From the human T2T-CHM13v2.0 reference genome, Homo sapiens, in the NCBI RefSeq assembly GCF_009914755.1, contig NC_060931.1: 64,000 nt of DNA. One strand, 5' to 3'. Under the pieces are notes generated by a model, which was not told where the DNA came from, made no database searches, and saw only the letters and a program-made list of their open reading frames with translations. Of the stretch, positions 1 through 20,405 are shown in pieces. A program made the position numbers and the translations under genes. Each line of letters starts with the position of its first letter. Within the stretch, counting starts at the first letter, position 1.

Positions 1-125
1 GCAGGCGGATCACTTGAGGTCAGGAGTTCGAGAACAGCCTGGCCAACATGGTGAAACTCCATCTCTACTGAAAATACAAAAATTAGGTGGGCGTGGTGGC
101 ACGTGCCTGTAATCCCAGCTGCTCA

Positions 126-323
<198 letters not shown>

Positions 324-754
324 TCAGAGAACAGTACCAGGAAATTAATGTTAACATTGCAACATCAGCCAGGTGGCAAGCTGGCTTGAGGCTGAGACCA
401 GCCTGGGCAACATAGCGAGACCCTGTCTCTTAAAAGAAAAAGTAAAAACATTGCAAGATCTCTACCAAAAGTTTCAGAATAAATGAAACTAATAATAATA
501 AAATTAAAATACAAGCTTGCAAGGTCTGTGAACAAATACATTTTTAGACAAGGGTATTTCATTGGGCTGATGAAAATTCTGGGCATTGACCAGGTGCGGT
601 GGCTCACACCTGTAATCCCAGCACTCTGGGAGGTGGACAGATCACTTGAGGTCAGGTGTTCGAAACCAGCCTAGCCAACATGGTGAAACCCTATCTCTAC
701 TAAAATACAAAAATTAGCCGGGCATGGTGGCACAGGCACCTGTAGTCCCAGCTA

Positions 755-937
<183 letters not shown>

Positions 938-989
938 TCATCATTATTATTTGTGTAATAAATTATCTGCTACACATCTATGCAGCACA

Positions 990-1862
990 GTGTTATCACA
1001 ACAGGTCTGGGGTATGCACATTCTAAAGAAAGGATTGGCTCTTGACCAGCTCCTAAAACATAACTTCTGAGCCCTTGGAATATTCTACTTGATAGGAGTG
1101 TATTTGTATATCTCAGGCCTTGGGCAACATCTAGTAGTTTATGCTAACAGTGGGTTGGTGGTGGCAGCCTTGCGCCATGCTGTATTAGGTTAACCTCTGG
1201 GTGGGTGGCTGGAGACTGAGTAGGTAAGGTGAGTCACACGGATGCTCCATGCCTACATGACCGAGCCTAATAAAATCCCTTGGACACCCAGGCTCAGGGA
1301 AGCTTCCCTAGTTGGACATACTTTATGCATGTTGTCACACATTGTTGCTGGGCAAATTAAGGATATATATATGACTCCACTGTGAAAGGAAGCTTATGCC
1401 TGGCGTCTCCCAGACACTGCCCTATGCACCTTTTCCTTTGCTGATTTGAATCCATATCCATTCACTGTAATAAGCTACAACCATAAGTATGACAGCCTTT
1501 CTGAGCCTGAGTGCTTCTAGCAAATCATAGAACATGGCCGGGCTCAGTAGCTCACTTCTGTGATCCCAGCACTTTGGGAGGCCGAGGCAGGTAGATCACT
1601 TGAAGTCGGGAGTTTGAGACCAGCCTGACCAACATGGTGATACTAAAAATATAAAAATTAGCCAGGCGTGCTGCCATGCACCTGTAATCCCAGGTACTTG
1701 GGAGGCTGAGGCAGGAAAATCCCTTGAACCCAGGAGGTAGAGGTTGCAGTGAGCCGAGATTGCAGTTGCACTCCAGCCTGGGTGACAGAGAGAGACTCTG
1801 TCTCAAAAAAAAAAAAAAAAAAATCACTCAACTTGAAGGTGGTTTGGGGGATCTCCAACACA
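990..1862 (+). mobile_element. ERVL LTR, MER21 family, interrupted by an Alu (1536-1822)
   Basis: TG start, AATAAAATCCCTTGGACACCCAGGCTCAGG and ATGTTGTCACACATTGTTGCTGGG resemble the MER21B/C consensus. The 3' end resumes after the Alu. Confidence 0.7.
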
Positions 1863-2320
1863 ACATTCTTTGAATCAGTAAAATGTACAATAAATGTATG
1901 TGTATGGGCCGGGCACGGTGGCTCACGCCTGTAATCCCAGCAATTTGGGAGGCCGAGGCGGATAGGGCACAAGGTCAAAAGATCCAGACCATCCCGGCCA
2001 ACATGGTGAAACCCCGTCTCTACTAAAAATACAAAAATTAGCTGGGCGTGGTGGTGCGCACCCGTAGTCCCAGCTACTCAGGAGGCTGAGGCAGGGAGGT
2101 CGCTGACCCTGGGAGGCAGAGGTTGCAGTGAGCCGAGATCGCGCCCTGCACTCCAGCCTGGCGACAGACTGAGACTCCAACTCAAAAAAAAAAAAAAAGT
2201 ATGTATATATGTGCGTATATTAGTTTTTTTGATGGGTTAGTTACTAAATACCACCACAGCACGCACTACTATATACTCTAAAAGCGTGGCTGTTGCTGGT
2301 GAGTTTTAAGCCTTTAGTTA

Positions 2321-2449
<129 letters not shown>

Positions 2450-3373
2450 CTACAAGAAATTTAAGAATTGGCCAGATGTCTTGGCATGGGCCTGTAGTCC
2501 TAAGTACTCAGAAGGCTGTGGTGGGAGGATTGCTTGAGCCCAGGAGTTAAAGGAGTTAAAGACTGCAGTGAGCTATGATGGCACCACTGCCCCCTAGCCT
2601 GGGCAACAGAGAGAGACCCTCCCTCCAAAAAAAAAAAAAAAAAAAAAGAAGGAAAGAAAGAAAAAAAGTGATAATCTGCTTCTGCTACGTGCAGACTTTG
2701 GATGTGCTTCAAATTGACAAACCATAAAAAATATGTTTTTGGTTTTTTTTTTTTTTTTTTTGCTGGACACCATTGATCAGAGATAAAAAGATGTTTTTGA
2801 GACAGGAAAATTTGAACATAGACTGTTAGATGATATTTAAGAATTACTAGCCAGGGACGGTGGCTCACGCCTGTAATCCCAGCACTTTGGGAGGCCGAGG
2901 CGGGCAGATCACGAGGTCAGGAGATCAAGACAACCCTGGCTAGCACGGTGAAACCCCATCTCTACTAAAAAAAATAGAAAAAATTAGCCGGGCTTGCTGG
3001 GGGGGCGCCTGTAGTCCCAGCTACTCGGGAGGCTGATGCAGAAGAATGGCGTGAACCCGGGAGGCGGAGCTTGCAGTGAGCCGAGATGTGCCACTGCACT
3101 CCAGCCTGGGCGACAGAGCGAGACTGCATCTCAAAAAAAAAGAAGTACTAACTTTGTTGGTGTGATAAAAAGTCTTTATCAACTAGGACTAGAATGTAGT
3201 ATCTATGGATGAAATATGCCATCTAGGAGTTTCTTTAAAGTACCCAAGACTGGGCCAGGTGCAGTGGCTCACGCCTGTAATCACAGTACTTTGGGAGGCT
3301 GAGGCAGGCGGATCATTTGAGGTCAGGAGTTCGAGACCAGCCTGGCCAACATGAGGAAACCCCATCTCTACTA

Positions 3374-3571
<198 letters not shown>

Positions 3572-3773
3572 TTAAGGGTGAGGTAAAACAAGTTCTCTAA
3601 TTTTATGTATGCATGAAAACAAAGTTTATTTTCAAATGATGCTTGTTCAACTTTGCCTAATCTCTCCGTAATTACATACACACAAACATATCGTGATACG
3701 TATGTGTGGCATGCAAATATATAACCAAAACGCTGAGCCACCATTAATTCAGTAGTAGGTTGTGCCTATGATC

Positions 3774-3776
<3 letters not shown>

Positions 3777-3840
<64 letters not shown>
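3777..3840. repeat. (TA)23(CA)9 compound microsatellite at an Alu tail
   Basis: Read directly. Confidence 0.95.
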
Positions 3841-4456
3841 TATTTATTTATATATTTATATTTATTTATTTATTTATTTTTGGGGGGGCGGGGAGGACGG
3901 AGTCTCGTTCTGTTGCCCAGGCTGGAATGCAGTGGTGGATCTCGGCTCACTGCAACCTCTGCCTCCTGGGTTCAAGTGATTCTCTTGCCTCAGCCTCCCG
4001 AGTAGGTGGGACTACAGGCGTGTGTCACCATACCCGGCTTATTTTTTGTATTTTTAGTAGAGACAGGTTTTCACTATGTTGGCCAGGCTGGTCTCGAACT
4101 CCAGACCTTGTAATCTGCCCGCCTTGGCCTCCCAAAGTGCTGGGATTACAGGCGTGAGCCATTGCTCCTGGCCTCGACTTTTTTTTTTCTTTTTCTTTTT
4201 TTAGACAGGGTCTTACTTTGTCATCCACACTGGAACACAGTGGCCCACTCTCAGCTCACTGTAGCCTCGACTTCCCAAGGTTCAAGTGATCCTCCTGCTT
4301 CAGTCTCCTAAGTAGCTGGGACTATAGGTGCACAGCACAACACCTGACTAATTTTTGTATTTTTTGTAGAGACGGGTTTTGCCACGTTGCCCAGGCTGGT
4401 CAAATTCCTGAGTTCAAGCGATCCACCCACCTCGTCCTCCCAAACCAAAGTGCTAG

Positions 4457-4857
<401 letters not shown>

Positions 4858-5275
4858 TAGCAATAAGATAATGTTTCTACATAAACTTTTGTTAGTATAA
4901 GTAAAGGTATTGTGAACTTAATGTTACAAACAATAACAAAACCCTACAAAACAATTTAATTTCAAAGAAATCTCTTTTGGGAAACTGGTAGTATACAAAT
5001 TTTATTTTATTTTATTTTATTTTTGAGACAGTGTTTCATTCTGTTCTGCAGGCTGGAGTACAGTGGTGTGATCTTGGCTCGCTGCAACCTCCACCTCCCA
5101 GGCTCAAGCGATCCTCCCACCTCAGCCACCTGAGTAGCTCAGACTATAGGCACGTGCCACCACATCTGGCTAATTTTTTTGCATTTTTAGTAGAGACTGG
5201 GTTTTGCCATGTGGCCCAGGCTAGTCTTGAACTCCTGGCCTCAAGCCTCCCAACGTGCTAGGATTACAGGCATGA

Positions 5276-5624
<349 letters not shown>

Positions 5625-5632
5625 TAAAATTT

Positions 5633-6109
<477 letters not shown>

Positions 6110-6432
6110 TTAAGAAACTCTTATTTCCCAGATGAACTATCGAGATCAAAGCACAGCTCTTACAAAAGTGACTCACAATGACTTTTTTGAAATGATGGAA
6201 ATATTTCAGATACATAGAAGATGCCTGACACCTAAGGGCCCACTGTGTAGATTTAACACAGAATAACATCCTGCCATATTTATCCCATCATGAATTTTGG
6301 GGAAAAATAAAATACCCTTAATATTCTTCTTTGCTTGTTCTTTCAGTCAGTTTCATAATTTGCAAATTACAGAGTATTCTTCATAGCCTTTCTTGGCAGT
6401 TTTTTTGTTTTTTTTTTTGTTTTTGAGACTGA

Positions 6433-6703
<271 letters not shown>

Positions 6704-6928
6704 TGACTCTCACCTTTTAAGTGCCCAAGATGAAACTAGGCAGAGCATTTTATTTTAGTATTATAAAAAAGTACCCTTGTCATTGCTTAAAAGGATATGT
6801 ACTATGTTACGCTGCAAATGGCTTTTAAAGTGCAGGGACAAAAGGAATTGTTTCAAAACTGGAGAAACACCCACAGCACTTCCAGCAGATTCCAGGCTAC
6901 AGATTCCAGTTAACCCAGATAGTTGTGA

Positions 6929-7228
<300 letters not shown>

Positions 7229-7523
7229 TAGTAGAGACGGGGTTTCACCGTGTTAGCCACGTTGGTCTCGATCTCCTGACCTCCTGATCCACCCGCCTCC
7301 GCCTCCCAAAGTGCTGGGATTATAGGTGTGAGCCACCATGCCTGGCTCTTTCTTTTTTTTGAGATGGAGTCTCACTCTGTTTCCCAGGCTGGGGTGCAGT
7401 GGCATGATCTCAGCAGCTCCAACCTCTGCCTCCCAGGTTCAAGCGATGCCTGTGCCTCAGGCTCCCAAGTAGCTGAAATTACAGGTGTGTGCCACCACAC
7501 CCGGCTTATTTTTTTATTTTTAG

Positions 7524-7637
<114 letters not shown>

Positions 7638-8329
7638 TAAGAAGGGTTGTGAACCTTCTGGCAAAACTGACCCATATCAAACGAGTCAGAGGGACTCCTG
7701 CCAGAACCAGTTTCCAACCAGCTTTTCAAACAGATGTCACAAAGTAAGCAGAAAGTTAGGAGGGCAAATATGATTACTGTATATGTACCAAGCTCCAGCC
7801 ACGAGCTTTGCCAACAGCAGCTCATTTAAACCACACAGAAATCCCTGGCAGTTTACCTATGTAACTGGAGGCAACGAGGCTCACGTGAAGTCCAGGGCCA
7901 GGGAGTACAAGTGAGGGAACCAAGCCTCAACACATGCCTGGGCCCAAAGCATGTGCTTTTCTTACTTAAGGGTTCCCATAAATCACTATGATCTCCATTA
8001 AAACCACTTCTCCACCTGCTCTTCTCTTAGCCAGGGCATAAGGCAACAGGGAAACTTCTTCAAAGTTTCTTTGTGATTGAACTGGACAGGGGAATAGATT
8101 GGTCTCTCTCTGTTAAGGAGCCAATGGATAGAAGCCTTTATTATTTTTAAGTTTTCATTTTTACTAGTTTTTTAAATGAGATGTGGTCTTGCTAGGTTGC
8201 CCAGGCTGGTCTGAAACTCCTGGCCTTAAGTGATCCTCCTGCCTTAGCCTCCCAAAGTACTGTGATTATAGGCATGAGCCACCAGGCCTGGCTGGAAAGC
8301 AGCTTTTCCTATATCAATTACTGGGCAAA

Positions 8330-10445
8330 TATCTGAACTTTGCTTTATTTCTCATGATGCTTACATTGAAAAACACACAAACACCTCAATAAAAATATTA
8401 ATTACCTGGTAACCTTTATTCGGGAAGTGAAAGTAACTGTGAAACAGTGCTTCATAAGGCGTGGCATACAAGGCCTTGGTTTCCAACGCCGGCGAGGATG
8501 AGGCCCAGTCCCACACTCCCTCGCAGGCACCCTTGCTAAGATGTCCTCCTGGGTGACCAAAACGGTGGTAACATAGCCAAGGTTACTTTTACTTGGGTAG
8601 GATGACTGCAGAAGGAATGGCTACACAGAGCTTCCAGACCTTTCCATGCGTTGTGCTCTCCAGAGGATGCGCCAGGTGTATCAGATTTGCATGCACAAAG
8701 ACAGGTGTGCGCCCCACCCACCCTGGGCTGGGCAGCAAGAGGTCTGCTCACCTACTGCACCAGACTTCCTAGCCTCCTTCCACACTCCGAATCTTCAAGC
8801 AGGATGAAAAGAGACCACAGAAACTGAAGCAAGACTAGGATGCTGCAAAGAAAGATGCTCTGATACACAAAAGCCAAAACATAAGACAAGGAGGGAAGAG
8901 TAAAATGAGGGAGACAGACAGGAAGTTAAACTATGCAGTTACACTGCCGATTTAGAAAGATGTTAAGACACACACTAGATACAAATGAAACCCATCCTGC
9001 TCCCTTCCTCCAGAAGACGTTGTAATGCAGAAAGCCAAAATACTACATCCTTCTTGTAGTCAGCACTGTTAGTATTCAACACTTTAATATTTATGGTGTA
9101 TCACATAAAAAACAAAGTCATATACTTTTGCATTAATCAAAAAATAGCAAATCCATATAATGGCAAAATCAGGAAAAAAATTCTAGTATTTCCACAAAAT
9201 ACATAATGTCTTACAGATGATTATGTGAACTTTAAATGTCTGCAGCCCTACAGAGCTTTTGTTGCCAATTGAAAAACAAAAAAATCCCAACACAGGATGT
9301 TCAAAAAGCCTAATTCATAAAAAGACAATTTATTCCATGTTTAATATAGTGTTTTTTAGGATGGTAACATAAGTCATGCAACAGCTCTGTAAAACAAAAC
9401 AAAACAAGAAACTACGATGTCGGCTGCGGGTTAAATAAAAAGAAAACCACACATACAAAAAAGAATGTAAGGAATGGTTAGTGGTGCTGCCAATTAAAAA
9501 AAAAACTGTAAATCATCTTACCACCCAAAAGTGATATGGAAAACTGTTTGAATCTGAGCATGGACATGGTTGTAGTCATCTTTTGGAATTATAAGTGAAA
9601 GTGATAGGTAACTCCTTGTGTTCCATTTCTCAGAGTAGATTGCTATATCCAAATGATCATGAACACCCCTCCCATCCCACACTCAGATGGAAAGCAGCCA
9701 GAACCCCTGCCACTGGATTCTTCAGCACCCTTGGGACAGTCTCCAACTGACACTTCCCAGCAGGGGAGGAGGGCAGGCACCTTTGGTGACTCTTCAGTGA
9801 GACTCCATCGACATTCAGAATCTTAAAATGTTGGTAATGAAAACCATGGACCTCCAAGTCATCCTTACCAACCTTAAATGTAGTGTTGTGACATCCAACG
9901 AAGGACTTCCACGTCACGTGGGAATAAATTTGAACAGATACATCCAATTGAACATAGTGTCTCAGATTTCAAACAAATACAGCTCATCTTTTGCCAAAAA
10001 ATAAATATAGTGGAATGCAAGTTTGAGGGATGGAAGAATATATAATCTATCAACTGTCAAGGAGTACAATTTCATTGCAGACACAAAGACTTAAGAGTTT
10101 CAAAGAATTTTTTAAAATAAAAAAAAAATTTGCACTTATTCCTCACAAAATCTTCACTTTTGGAACTATCCCAATTGAAGCTACACACTGAATTTATTAA
10201 TACAGCATTAAGTTTCTTTGTGTAAAAAAATCTTTGTACACAGTAATAAAAAAAGATAAGGCAAGATGCATTAAACAGAAACCTTCTGGCTCTTTTCCTC
10301 TGCGTTTTTACAGAGCCACTGATGACTATCTGCAACAAAAGAGTTAAGTTTCTGATTTTCCGTATCAAGCATCTTATGCCTTTGCTGTGGTAAGAATTCT
10401 GTCCGAGCACCCTGAAGGACAGATGCTGGTGATGGTCTTTGGCAC
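8330..10445 (-). other. KDELR2: KDELR2 3' UTR (about 2 kb, distal end approximate)
   Basis: Alu-free AU-rich stretch after the stop codon. AATAAA on the minus strand at 10193-10198, 9329-9334, 8415-8420 and 8344-8349. Confidence 0.75.
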
Positions 10446-10480
10446 TTATGCTGGCAAACTGAGCTTCTTTCCCTTGAGTA
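10446..10480 (-). CDS. KDELR2: KDELR2 coding exon 5 (35 nt including TAA)
   Basis: TTCTAG|TACTC acceptor gives (V)LKGKKLSLPA*. Total CDS 91+101+159+253+35=639 nt, 212 aa. Confidence 0.97.
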
Positions 10481-10713
10481 CTAGAATTTCAAAGAGAAGA
10501 AAAGAAAACAAAAGGTTACTGATATTGACAAACTTAGCTTCCTTCTTCCCATTCCTAGAAGTCTCCCACACACAAGATTCTACATAGTAAGGTATAGGAA
10601 ATAAGCAATTGTATTTTAAAAATACAAATTTGATTGAAAGTGCCACTAAATTCATAGTGGCTTTTTGTTATTATGACTTTCACCCTAATCAATATATAGT
10701 AAAATATAGCTTA

Positions 10714-10935
<222 letters not shown>

Positions 10936-11502
10936 TCAGGAGGATGAGCAGGGAGGATCACTTGAGCCCAGGAGTTTGGGACTGCAGTGAGGAAGGATCA
11001 CACCACTGCATTCTTGCAGCCTGAGTAACAGAGTGAGACCCTGTCTCTTTAAAAAGATAAAAAAAAAAAAAAACACAAAGGATGGCAGGGTGAGGTAGCT
11101 CACGCCTATACTTCCGGCACTGTGGGAGGCAGAGGTGGGCGGATCTCCTGAGGTCAGGAGTTCAAGACCAGCCTAGCCAACATGGTGAAACACCATCTCT
11201 AATAAAAATACAAAAATTAGGCTGGGCACAGTGGCTCATGCTTGTAATCCCAGCACTTGGGGAGGCTGAGGCAGGAGGATCACCTGAGGTCGGGAGTTCG
11301 AGACCAGCCTGACCAACATAGAGAAACTCCATCTCTACTAAAAATACAAAAATTAGCTGGGCGTGGTGGTGCATGCCTGTAATCCCAGCTACTCAGGAGG
11401 CTGAGGCAGGAGAATCGCTTGAACACAGGAGGTGGAGGTTGCGGTGAGCCAAGATTGTACCATTGCACTCCAGCCTGGGCAACAAGAGCAAAACTCTGTC
11501 TC

Positions 11503-11534
<32 letters not shown>

Positions 11535-11591
11535 GCGTGGTGGCTCACGCCTGTAATCCCAATACTTTGGGAGGCTGAGGTGTGCGGATCA

Positions 11592-12421
<830 letters not shown>

Positions 12422-12424
12422 TGA

Positions 12425-12702
<278 letters not shown>

Positions 12703-13363
12703 TGACCTCATGATCCGCCCGCCTCGGCCTCCCAAAGTGCTCGATTACAGGCGTGAGCCACTGCACCTGGCATAAATATGTTTTTTTTTTTCTGAACAAG
12801 GATGATAGCTTTCATCAAATATTTGTAAAGTTCACACGTCCTATGTTCATACAAATGCAAAAACACATATACACAAGGATGCTGATTTAATGACTGGATT
12901 TTAACAGCAAACCAGTAACGGCCTGACCACCCATGAATGGGGGCTGGGTAAATAAATTATGGTACATGCACATAATGAAACACTCTGTGGCTACTGAAAA
13001 TTATGTAGGTTTCTAGTGACATGAAAAATGTGAGGGGATAAAAGCAGTGTATAGAACAGCAATGTACAGTTTAAGTCATGTGTCTGTGTATGCATAGAGA
13101 GGTATCTGGTGTTAATGTTCACTGAAACACCAGATGAATCTTTTACAGTGAAAATGTGTCACTTTAGGAAAAGCTATTGCAAAAGAAAAAGGGTTCTTAT
13201 ATTTAAAAAGACAACATCCTGATCCAGAATGTTATTGGCCAATCATGAAAGTGTTTCTCTGGAGCCAGTTTATGAGAGAGTGCCAGATTAGAAGAGTGCT
13301 GGGCAAGGGCACTCCTAAAAGAACACGTCACTCTAGAAACAACGCAGGTCGCACCCAACATAC

Positions 13364-13616
13364 CTTTTGTAATGTACAAGTAGAAGAAGTCACAGTATAG
13401 GATGGTCTGGACTACGCCGGCCACCACAGCAATGAGGTCAAAGAAGCCCTCAAAGTAGAAGCGCCAGATCCAGTTGACAAGATACAAAGCACGATAGAGG
13501 CCCAGGAAGAACAGGTAGTGGGTGGTGATGGTCTCGGCCTCCCCAGTCTTGCTGATCATAAACAGCTGCGGAAGGATAGCCACGGACTCCAGGTAGATGG
13601 AGAAGGTCCAGAGGAT
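13364..13616 (-). CDS. KDELR2: KDELR2 coding exon 4 (253 nt)
   Basis: TTCCAG|ATCCTC acceptor and AAAG|GTATGT donor. Encodes [18 protein letters not shown]...[11 protein letters not shown], including the ERD2 signature [10 protein letters not shown] (in ORF 13203..13943). Confidence 0.98.
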
Positions 13617-13771
13617 CTGGAAGAGAAATGGCAAGCTTCCATCACGACCCACTGCCCACCAGGAGCTCAGAGGAAACACTCTTGCTTTCTTTACCACAAA
13701 GCAGCCTAAGATGAGTGGGGAGTGGGGCATGTCGGCCCAAAATAGAACAACAGCTTGGCAACTGCATAACC

Positions 13772-14294
13772 CAGTGGTCCCAGCCTTTTTGACACCAGTG
13801 ATCGGTTTCATAGAAGACAATTTTTCCACAGACCAGCAGGGTGGATGGATGGTTTCGGGATGATTCAAGCACATTGCAATCATTGTGCACTTTACTTCTG
13901 TTATTACTATAATATACAATGAAATAATTATACAACTCGTCATAATGCAGAATCAGTAGGAGCCCTGAGCTTGTTTTCCTGCAACTAGATGGTCCTATCT
14001 GGGGGTGATGGGAGACAGTGACAGATCATCAGGCATTAGATTTTCATAAGGAGCATGCAACCTAGATCCCTCAGATGCACAGTTCACAATAGGGCTCATG
14101 CTCCTATGAGAATTGAATGCTGCCAGTTATCTGACAGGAGGTGGAGCTTGGGCAGTAATGTGAGTGATGGGGAACAGCTATAAATACAATGAAGCTTCAC
14201 TTGCTCACCCACGGCTCATCTCCTCCTGGGTGGCCTGGTTCCTAACAGGCTATGAACCAGTACCAGTCAGTGGCCCAGGGGTTGAGGACTCCTG
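13772..14294 (-). mobile_element. MER1A hAT-Charlie non-autonomous DNA transposon
   Basis: 523 bp with CAGTGGTCC...GGACTCCTG terminal inverted repeats and an imperfect 8-bp TSD (GCATAACC / GCATAAAT). Interior matches MER1A as recalled. Confidence 0.85.
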
Positions 14295-14758
14295 GCATAA
14301 ATCACAGAAACTTAAGCAACCTTTAAGAGGCAAGGCACTGCCAGTGTGACAAGCTGGGTAACCTGGACACCTCTACCTCTTTGAATTTTCATCACCTTGT
14401 CTCTCCAGGTTTATTCTTCCCTCTTCAATTTTCTATGAATCTACATACAGAGGTTTCTCCTGGACAAGCTTGTCCTGCTCCAGATCTGGGATACCAAATC
14501 AACCCTGCTTTCCGCCAGGATTGACAATACTGATAATTGATAAGCTCCTTCCACTTCCTCACTGCTGTTTTTCCTCACTGACTGATCTTGCCAAACTACT
14601 GAAATATTTTCACTATTTTTCTTATTCCTTAAGCTTTCTGGTGTGGTTAAATCAAAGGGGTAGAAGTCACAACTGTAATTATGGAAATTCTCTGCCCAGC
14701 GTATGACTTTATTCACGATGATGATAGAAGGACTTTCAGAGGGTCCTTGAGTGTTTTA

Positions 14759-15049
<291 letters not shown>

Positions 15050-15748
15050 TCAAAAAAAAAGAAAAGTCCAGGCACTCCCAGCACCCATCAGACACCCAGG
15101 GTAGCACAGTGACTTGATCGGCCCCAGGATGTGAAGCAGCACCGTTTGCCTGTTCAGCAGGGAAAGAAGAGGCACTCAGGAGCAGATCAGCTCACTGCAC
15201 AGTACTAGGGGCACCACAAACCAGCTTTCCTAAAGGCAAGAGGTGCAGAGTGCTGCTAAGCAGGGTCACAGACACGACATCAGTGCACATCTGTACATGA
15301 AAAGCAAACAAAATGTGGGCTACAGGAGGGAGACCTTGTTCTTCCCACACTGGGACAGGCAGGGCTCTGTGTTTGGTACCACTGAAGTCAAGATAATGAA
15401 ATACAGTTTCAAGTTTCTATTTCAAATGAATCAGACAGTAAACTGTCAGCAGACACCTAAATATGTGGGTGCTTAATTCTCATCTACGATTTTTTTACAC
15501 CAGTCATGAACATTGCACTAGAGTTTGCCAAACCAGAAAATAAAAACAAAAAACTCCATGAAAACCTACACGATCTGCAAACATGCAAATAGGTCCATTC
15601 TAGATAACCAGACATGACCATGAAATTAACTTTTTTTCTTTAGATGGAGTCTTGCTCTGTCGCTAAGGCTGGAGTGCAGTGGCTCGATCTCGGCTCACTG
15701 CAACTTCCGCCTGCAGGTTTAAGTGGTTCTCCTGCCTCAGCCTCCTGA

Positions 15749-16003
<255 letters not shown>

Positions 16004-16173
16004 TAGCTGGATGGTCTCAATCCCTTGACTTCGTGTCTCACCTGCCTCAGCCTCCCAAAGTGCTGGGATTACAGGCGTGAGCCACTGCGCATGGCCAATT
16101 TTTGTATTTCTAATAGAGACAGGGTTTCACCATGTTGGCCAGGCTGAATGCCTGAACCTCTGACCTCAAGTGA

Positions 16174-16425
<252 letters not shown>

Positions 16426-16888
16426 TAGTACAGACGGGGTTTCACCATGTTAGCCAGTATAGTCTCGATCTCCTGACCTCGTGATGTGCCCACCTTGGCC
16501 TCCCAAAGTGCTGGAATTACAGGCGTGAGCCACTACGCCCAGCCATAACCTCTTTTTTCTTTTCCCTCGAGACAGTCTTGCTCTGTCACCCAGGCTGGAG
16601 TACAATGGCGTGATCTCGGCTCACTGCAGCCTCCGCCTCCTGGGTTCAAGTGATTCTCCTGCCTCAGCCTTCTGAGTAACTGAGATTACAGGTGCGTGCC
16701 ACCACACCCAGCTAATTTTTTGTATTTTTAGTAGAGACGGTGTTGCACCATGTTGGCCAGGCTGGTCTCGAACTCCTGACCTCATGATCCACCCAAAGTG
16801 GAGGCTGAACTCCGCCTCGGCCTCCCAAAATGCTGGGATTACAGGCATGAGCCACCATGCCTGGCCCTAAGTAACCTTTTAAACTAAC

Positions 16889-17047
16889 CTCAAGAGGAGA
16901 GAAATCGTGATTAACTAAAAATGAGAGGCCTCCCACAGGGACCACCAGAAACTCCACTCGGAAGGTATCATGATTTCCATCGTAGGTTGCCTTAAATTTC
17001 AGGTAGATCAGGTACACTGTGGCATAGGAGCAGGCAAGGTAGATAAC
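16889..17047 (-). CDS. KDELR2: KDELR2 coding exon 3 (159 nt)
   Basis: TTTGTAG|GTTATC acceptor and GAG|GTTAGT donor. Encodes VIYLACSYATVYLIYLKFKATYDGNHDTFRVEFLVVPVGGLSFLVNHDFSPLE (mostly visible in ORF 16712..17017). Confidence 0.97.
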
Positions 17048-17174
17048 CTACAAATAAAAGAAAAAACACCAGGTGTCAATACCTTGCCACTGTTCCAGCA
17101 CCCCCCAGCTTTTTTAATCACCCATGTATTTGGAAAGGCAAGATTTTTTTCCTTAGCTTTGTTTTTGGAATTTT

Positions 17175-19421
<2,247 letters not shown>

Positions 19422-20171
19422 TAAATACAAAACAAAATCTACATGCATAAACAAGACACACATCCATCTACACATGCACTGAGCCCCCTCAGCGCATCTA
19501 GCCAAGGCTCACAGCAGAGAGGCCTCTCACCAGGACCTAGACTGTGGCCAGCTCAACATTAATAAAAACTTGATGGGCGTTATTTCCACTAAGGCCTTAG
19601 TAGCACCTGGAGAAGAACAGCTGCTTCTCTCCTCTCACCAGCACACAGAAGTTAAAGTAAAAAGACACGAGCACCTCGGGTCTCACGCCAGACTTTCAGG
19701 ACATTGTGCTTAGAAACTACAACCAAGCAAGCATGGATTCCTCTGAAACCTGGGCATCCTGAGGGGGAGAGAGGATTCTTGCTCACACACCTCTAATGCC
19801 TGCAGTTTTAACTTGCCTAGACAAGTGGGGACCTAACCATTTTTAAGTAAGCTCATTATTTCCTGAATACTAGGTTCCCATCATTTGGTAATGAAGAATC
19901 CATTATAAGTGACTCAAATTTGCTTTTTAGTAAAGACCAGACTCACATACTGCTTTGTCTCCTTTCAACAGTGCTTATGAAAATGCTCTTGAACACAAAA
20001 TGTTGGGGGGAGGTTGTTTAGGTGCCATACCAATAGGATTCAGTTGAAATATTACTTCCTTGGGTATGCTAATAACCAAATGGCCTAGAATAGTGCCTGG
20101 TGCACAGGTGCTCAGTATTTGTAGAAAGAAGGAAAGAAAGAAAGAAATCAGACTCCTATTACATATCCTGA

Positions 20172-20405
<234 letters not shown>

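Noticed and set aside
9907-9923. CCACGTCACGTGGG overlapping UPRE/E-box in the KDELR2 3' UTR
   Set aside because: A single instance far from the promoter with no supporting context, expected by chance.
13203-13943. 246-aa ORF as a standalone gene
   Set aside because: Only 13364-13616 is KDELR2 exon 4. The flanks are intron and MER1A sequence, bounded by canonical splice sites.
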